The notes beneath the pieces were generated by a model. That model was not told the DNA's origin. It saw nothing but the letters and a program-made list of their open reading frames with translations, and did no database searches. This document shows positions 16,308 through 18,570 of a stretch of 18,570 nt of DNA, piece by piece. This DNA comes from Promethearchaeota archaeon (lineage in GTDB: Archaea > Asgardarchaeota > Lokiarchaeia > Sigyniarchaeales > SOKP01). Position 1 is the first letter of the stretch. Each line of letters opens with the position of its first letter. Made by a program: the position numbers and the translations under genes. The stretch spans positions 1 to 18,570 of the forward strand of contig SHMW01000019.1 in the NCBI GenBank assembly GCA_008080735.1. The letters are read 5' to 3'.

Positions 16308-17480
16308 ATGGGCTACAGAATTGGAAGTATTGACATATTCAGGGGATTTTGCATTTTTCTAATGTTTTCTGTACATTTTGCTATGTGGTGGTTATCTCCT
16401 GATGTATATATGAATTATTTTCATTACATATATAGACCATTCGGAAGGCCTATTGCCAAGGGAACGGGATTTATTTTAGTATCTGGAGCAAGTATAGCAC
16501 TTTCCTATTCCAATAAAATGTCTAATTTTCATGAAAAATCTGAAGAGAAAATAAATATACTCAAAAACAGTTCATATATTCGGGCGGTTTTATTATTTGT
16601 TATTGCGTTGGGAATAAATTTATTGTTAATGACCGTTGATCAAAATGCGAATATCTATGATATGTGGATTGTACTCACAATGTCTATTTGTTTATTCTTT
16701 ACTTGGCCACTGATGAAAATGTCAGTTAAGGCAAGAATGTTTCTTGGAATTGGGTGTCTAATCTTTAATTTTTTCTTTCATAATTTTATGATAAATATTA
16801 GCACCACATCTTCATTCACAATGTTATTAATGGATTTTTTCTACCCAGCAGATCCCCAACAGAATCCAATTATTCCTTTTTTCCCGTTTTTTGTATTCGG
16901 TACTGTGTTGGGGTCTATTCTTTCAAAAATCGATTTTGAGAAAAAAGATGATATGAAAGAATTTCTCAATATCTTTACCTTTCCAGTTTTAATAATATCA
17001 ATTGGAGCATTAATCTTTGGATTTTTATTTCAATTCCCAAATTATCATATTGGAAACACTACATCATTTGTTATTTATTCTTTAGGACTAACTACTTTAA
17101 TATTATCGGTACTTATCACAATTGAGAAATTTTCAAAAAGAAATTTTAACACAAAATATAATCCTCTTTTCTATTTTTCATATTACTCTTTAACACTTTT
17201 TATTTTTAATTATCTTTTTTATCCTTTTACCATCATCTGGAACTTGGATCCCATAACATATTGGATAGTATTTTCCGTGTTTATTGTCTTTCTGATAGTT
17301 TTTCTTATTTTTATGTATAATAAAGTCGCAGGATTATTTTCATTGAAATATTTTGTTAGTGTTATGGGCGATTATATATCCTTTAAATTAGTGGAAAGAA
17401 AAAGCATTTCCAAACCAGAAGCATTTCAGAATCTCGTTGCTAAACTTAAAACAAATATAATCCCAAAAAATAGATATTAA
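16308..17480 (+). CDS. DUF1624 / HGSNAT-like membrane acyltransferase, paralog 2
   Basis: MGYRIGSIDIFRGFCIFLMFSVH; colinear with paralog 1. ATG 16308 chosen over TTG 16293 by alignment with the paralogs. Confidence 0.8.
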   Translation: MGYRIGSIDIFRGFCIFLMFSVHFAMWWLSPDVYMNYFHYIYRPFGRPIAKGTGFILVSGASIALSYSNKMSNFHEKSEEKINILKNSSYIRAVLLFVIALGINLLLMTVDQNANIYDMWIVLTMSICLFFTWPLMKMSVKARMFLGIGCLIFNFFFHNFMINISTTSSFTMLLMDFFYPADPQQNPIIPFFPFFVFGTVLGSILSKIDFEKKDDMKEFLNIFTFPVLIISIGALIFGFLFQFPNYHIGNTTSFVIYSLGLTTLILSVLITIEKFSKRNFNTKYNPLFYFSYYSLTLFIFNYLFYPFTIIWNLDPITYWIVFSVFIVFLIVFLIFMYNKVAGLFSLKYFVSVMGDYISFKLVERKSISKPEAFQNLVAKLKTNIIPKNRY

Positions 17481-17787
17481 CTTTCTTAGATTTTTATAAT
17501 TTACTAAGAGAGGAGTTGGTTGTTGAAGAATTAGTAAAAAATTATAATTTCTACAGAATGCTATGTTTTGATTACTTTAAGTGATATTAATTCTATTTTG
17601 AAAATCATACTAATAATTTAAAAATGGATTAATTTTTCAATACAAAGAATTATAAAAATAATATTCTAAAAATTCATTGTTCATTTTTTCAATCTCAAAT
17701 AAATAGGCTAATCTAATCTTTATTATATACTAATATATTAAAATGATGGAAAGTTATAAGAACTATATACTCGTATTTTGAGCTATT

Positions 17788-18570
17788 ATGGGGATACGAA
17801 TAGGTAGTATTGATATACATCGAGGCTTTATACTTTTCTTGATGTTAGTAGGTCACGCGGCTGAATGGTGGATTATTTGGAGTGAATATTATTATTACTT
17901 TACTTATCCTTTATATTATTTTATATATCCAATCTCGAAAGGTGGGTTCATCTTTCTTTCTGGCGTGAGCATCGCCTTTTCCTATTCACGAAAAACAGAT
18001 AAACCTCACAATTTAAATCCCCAAAATATGAAATTTCTCAGGAATAATTTTTATATCAAGGCAGGATTGCTATTTATAGTTGCGATGATTATAAACGTAT
18101 TATTTTGTGTGTTTTATTCAAAAGCAAAAATTTATGATTGGTGGATTTTATTAACTCTTTCTATATGCTTGTTATTAAGTTGGCCTTTAATGAGATTATC
18201 GCCTAATAAAAGATTAATTCTTGGAATAGGATGGCTCATTCTGGATTACTTATTTCGTGACCTGCTAAACACTTATAGACACATATCCTCGTTTAATAAT
18301 TTTTTAATGGAATTCTTTTATCCAAATAATATCTCCCTAAATCCCGTTATAAGCTTTTTCTCGTTTTTCGTTTTTGGAACTGCTATAGGTGCCCATGTGG
18401 CTAAAACCAATTTTCAAAAGAATGAGAATATCTCTACCTTTCTTAAAAAATTTACCATTCCCTTGATTTTTTCCTCTATTATTACTATAAGTTTTGGAAT
18501 TTGGTTTCAATATCCAAAATTTTTGCTGGTAAATAGCACATCCTATGTTATTTATGGACTTGGCCTTAAT
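17788..18570 (+). CDS. DUF1624 / HGSNAT-like membrane acyltransferase, paralog 3 (3'-truncated by window, not in ORF track)
   Basis: Hand translation MGIRIGSIDIHRGFILFLMLVGHAAEWW...AKIYDWWILLTLSICLLLSWPLM...NSTSYVIYGLGLN; 261 codons open to the window end. Confidence 0.85.
   Translation, partial: MGIRIGSIDIHRGFILFLMLVGHAAEWWIIWSEYYYYFTYPLYYFIYPISKGGFIFLSGVSIAFSYSRKTDKPHNLNPQNMKFLRNNFYIKAGLLFIVAMIINVLFCVFYSKAKIYDWWILLTLSICLLLSWPLMRLSPNKRLILGIGWLILDYLFRDLLNTYRHISSFNNFLMEFFYPNNISLNPVISFFSFFVFGTAIGAHVAKTNFQKNENISTFLKKFTIPLIFSSIITISFGIWFQYPKFLLVNSTSYVIYGLGLN

Noticed and set aside
17516-17620. 34-codon TTG-start ORF after AGGAG between acyltransferase paralogs 2 and 3
   Set aside because: The SD-like motif abuts the start with no spacer, and the product has no recognisable features; expected by chance.
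1-18570. tRNA, rRNA, CRISPR array, transposase or integrase
   Set aside because: No GC-rich structured segment, regularly spaced repeats or mobile-element motifs found by eye; intergenic regions are short and very AT-rich.

Overview
AT-rich, gene-dense archaeal-type window with no RNA genes, CRISPR array or mobile element. Gene content (roadblock/longin/V4R cluster, HdrBC, DUF39 homocysteine pathway, paralog expansions, TATA-like promoters) suggests an Asgard archaeon such as Lokiarchaeia; this is inference. In order: 5'-truncated sequon-rich membrane-anchored surface protein; phytoene-desaturase-family FAD oxidoreductase; hdrC-hdrB-like pair without hdrA, converging on the MA1821/MA1822-type (DUF39-CBS + NIL-ferredoxin) homocysteine operon; divergent HTH-CBS regulator with a palindromic upstream site; EamA transporter; a four-gene minus-strand operon (roadblock, V4R/MetOD1/Bet3-fold protein, longin-roadblock fusion, divergent roadblock with an N-terminal amphipathic helix) and no GTPase; DUF3604/PHP metallohydrolase; a 52-aa zinc-ribbon ORF with TFIIS-like cysteine spacing that the ORF track missed; MBL-fold hydrolase; COG2509-type flavoprotein; and three tandem DUF1624/HGSNAT-like membrane acyltransferases, the third absent from the track and running off the window. 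The best candidate for an undescribed system is the roadblock-V4R-longin operon, which combines the folds of eukaryotic TRAPP and Ragulator. All domain calls are by motif recognition, not database search.
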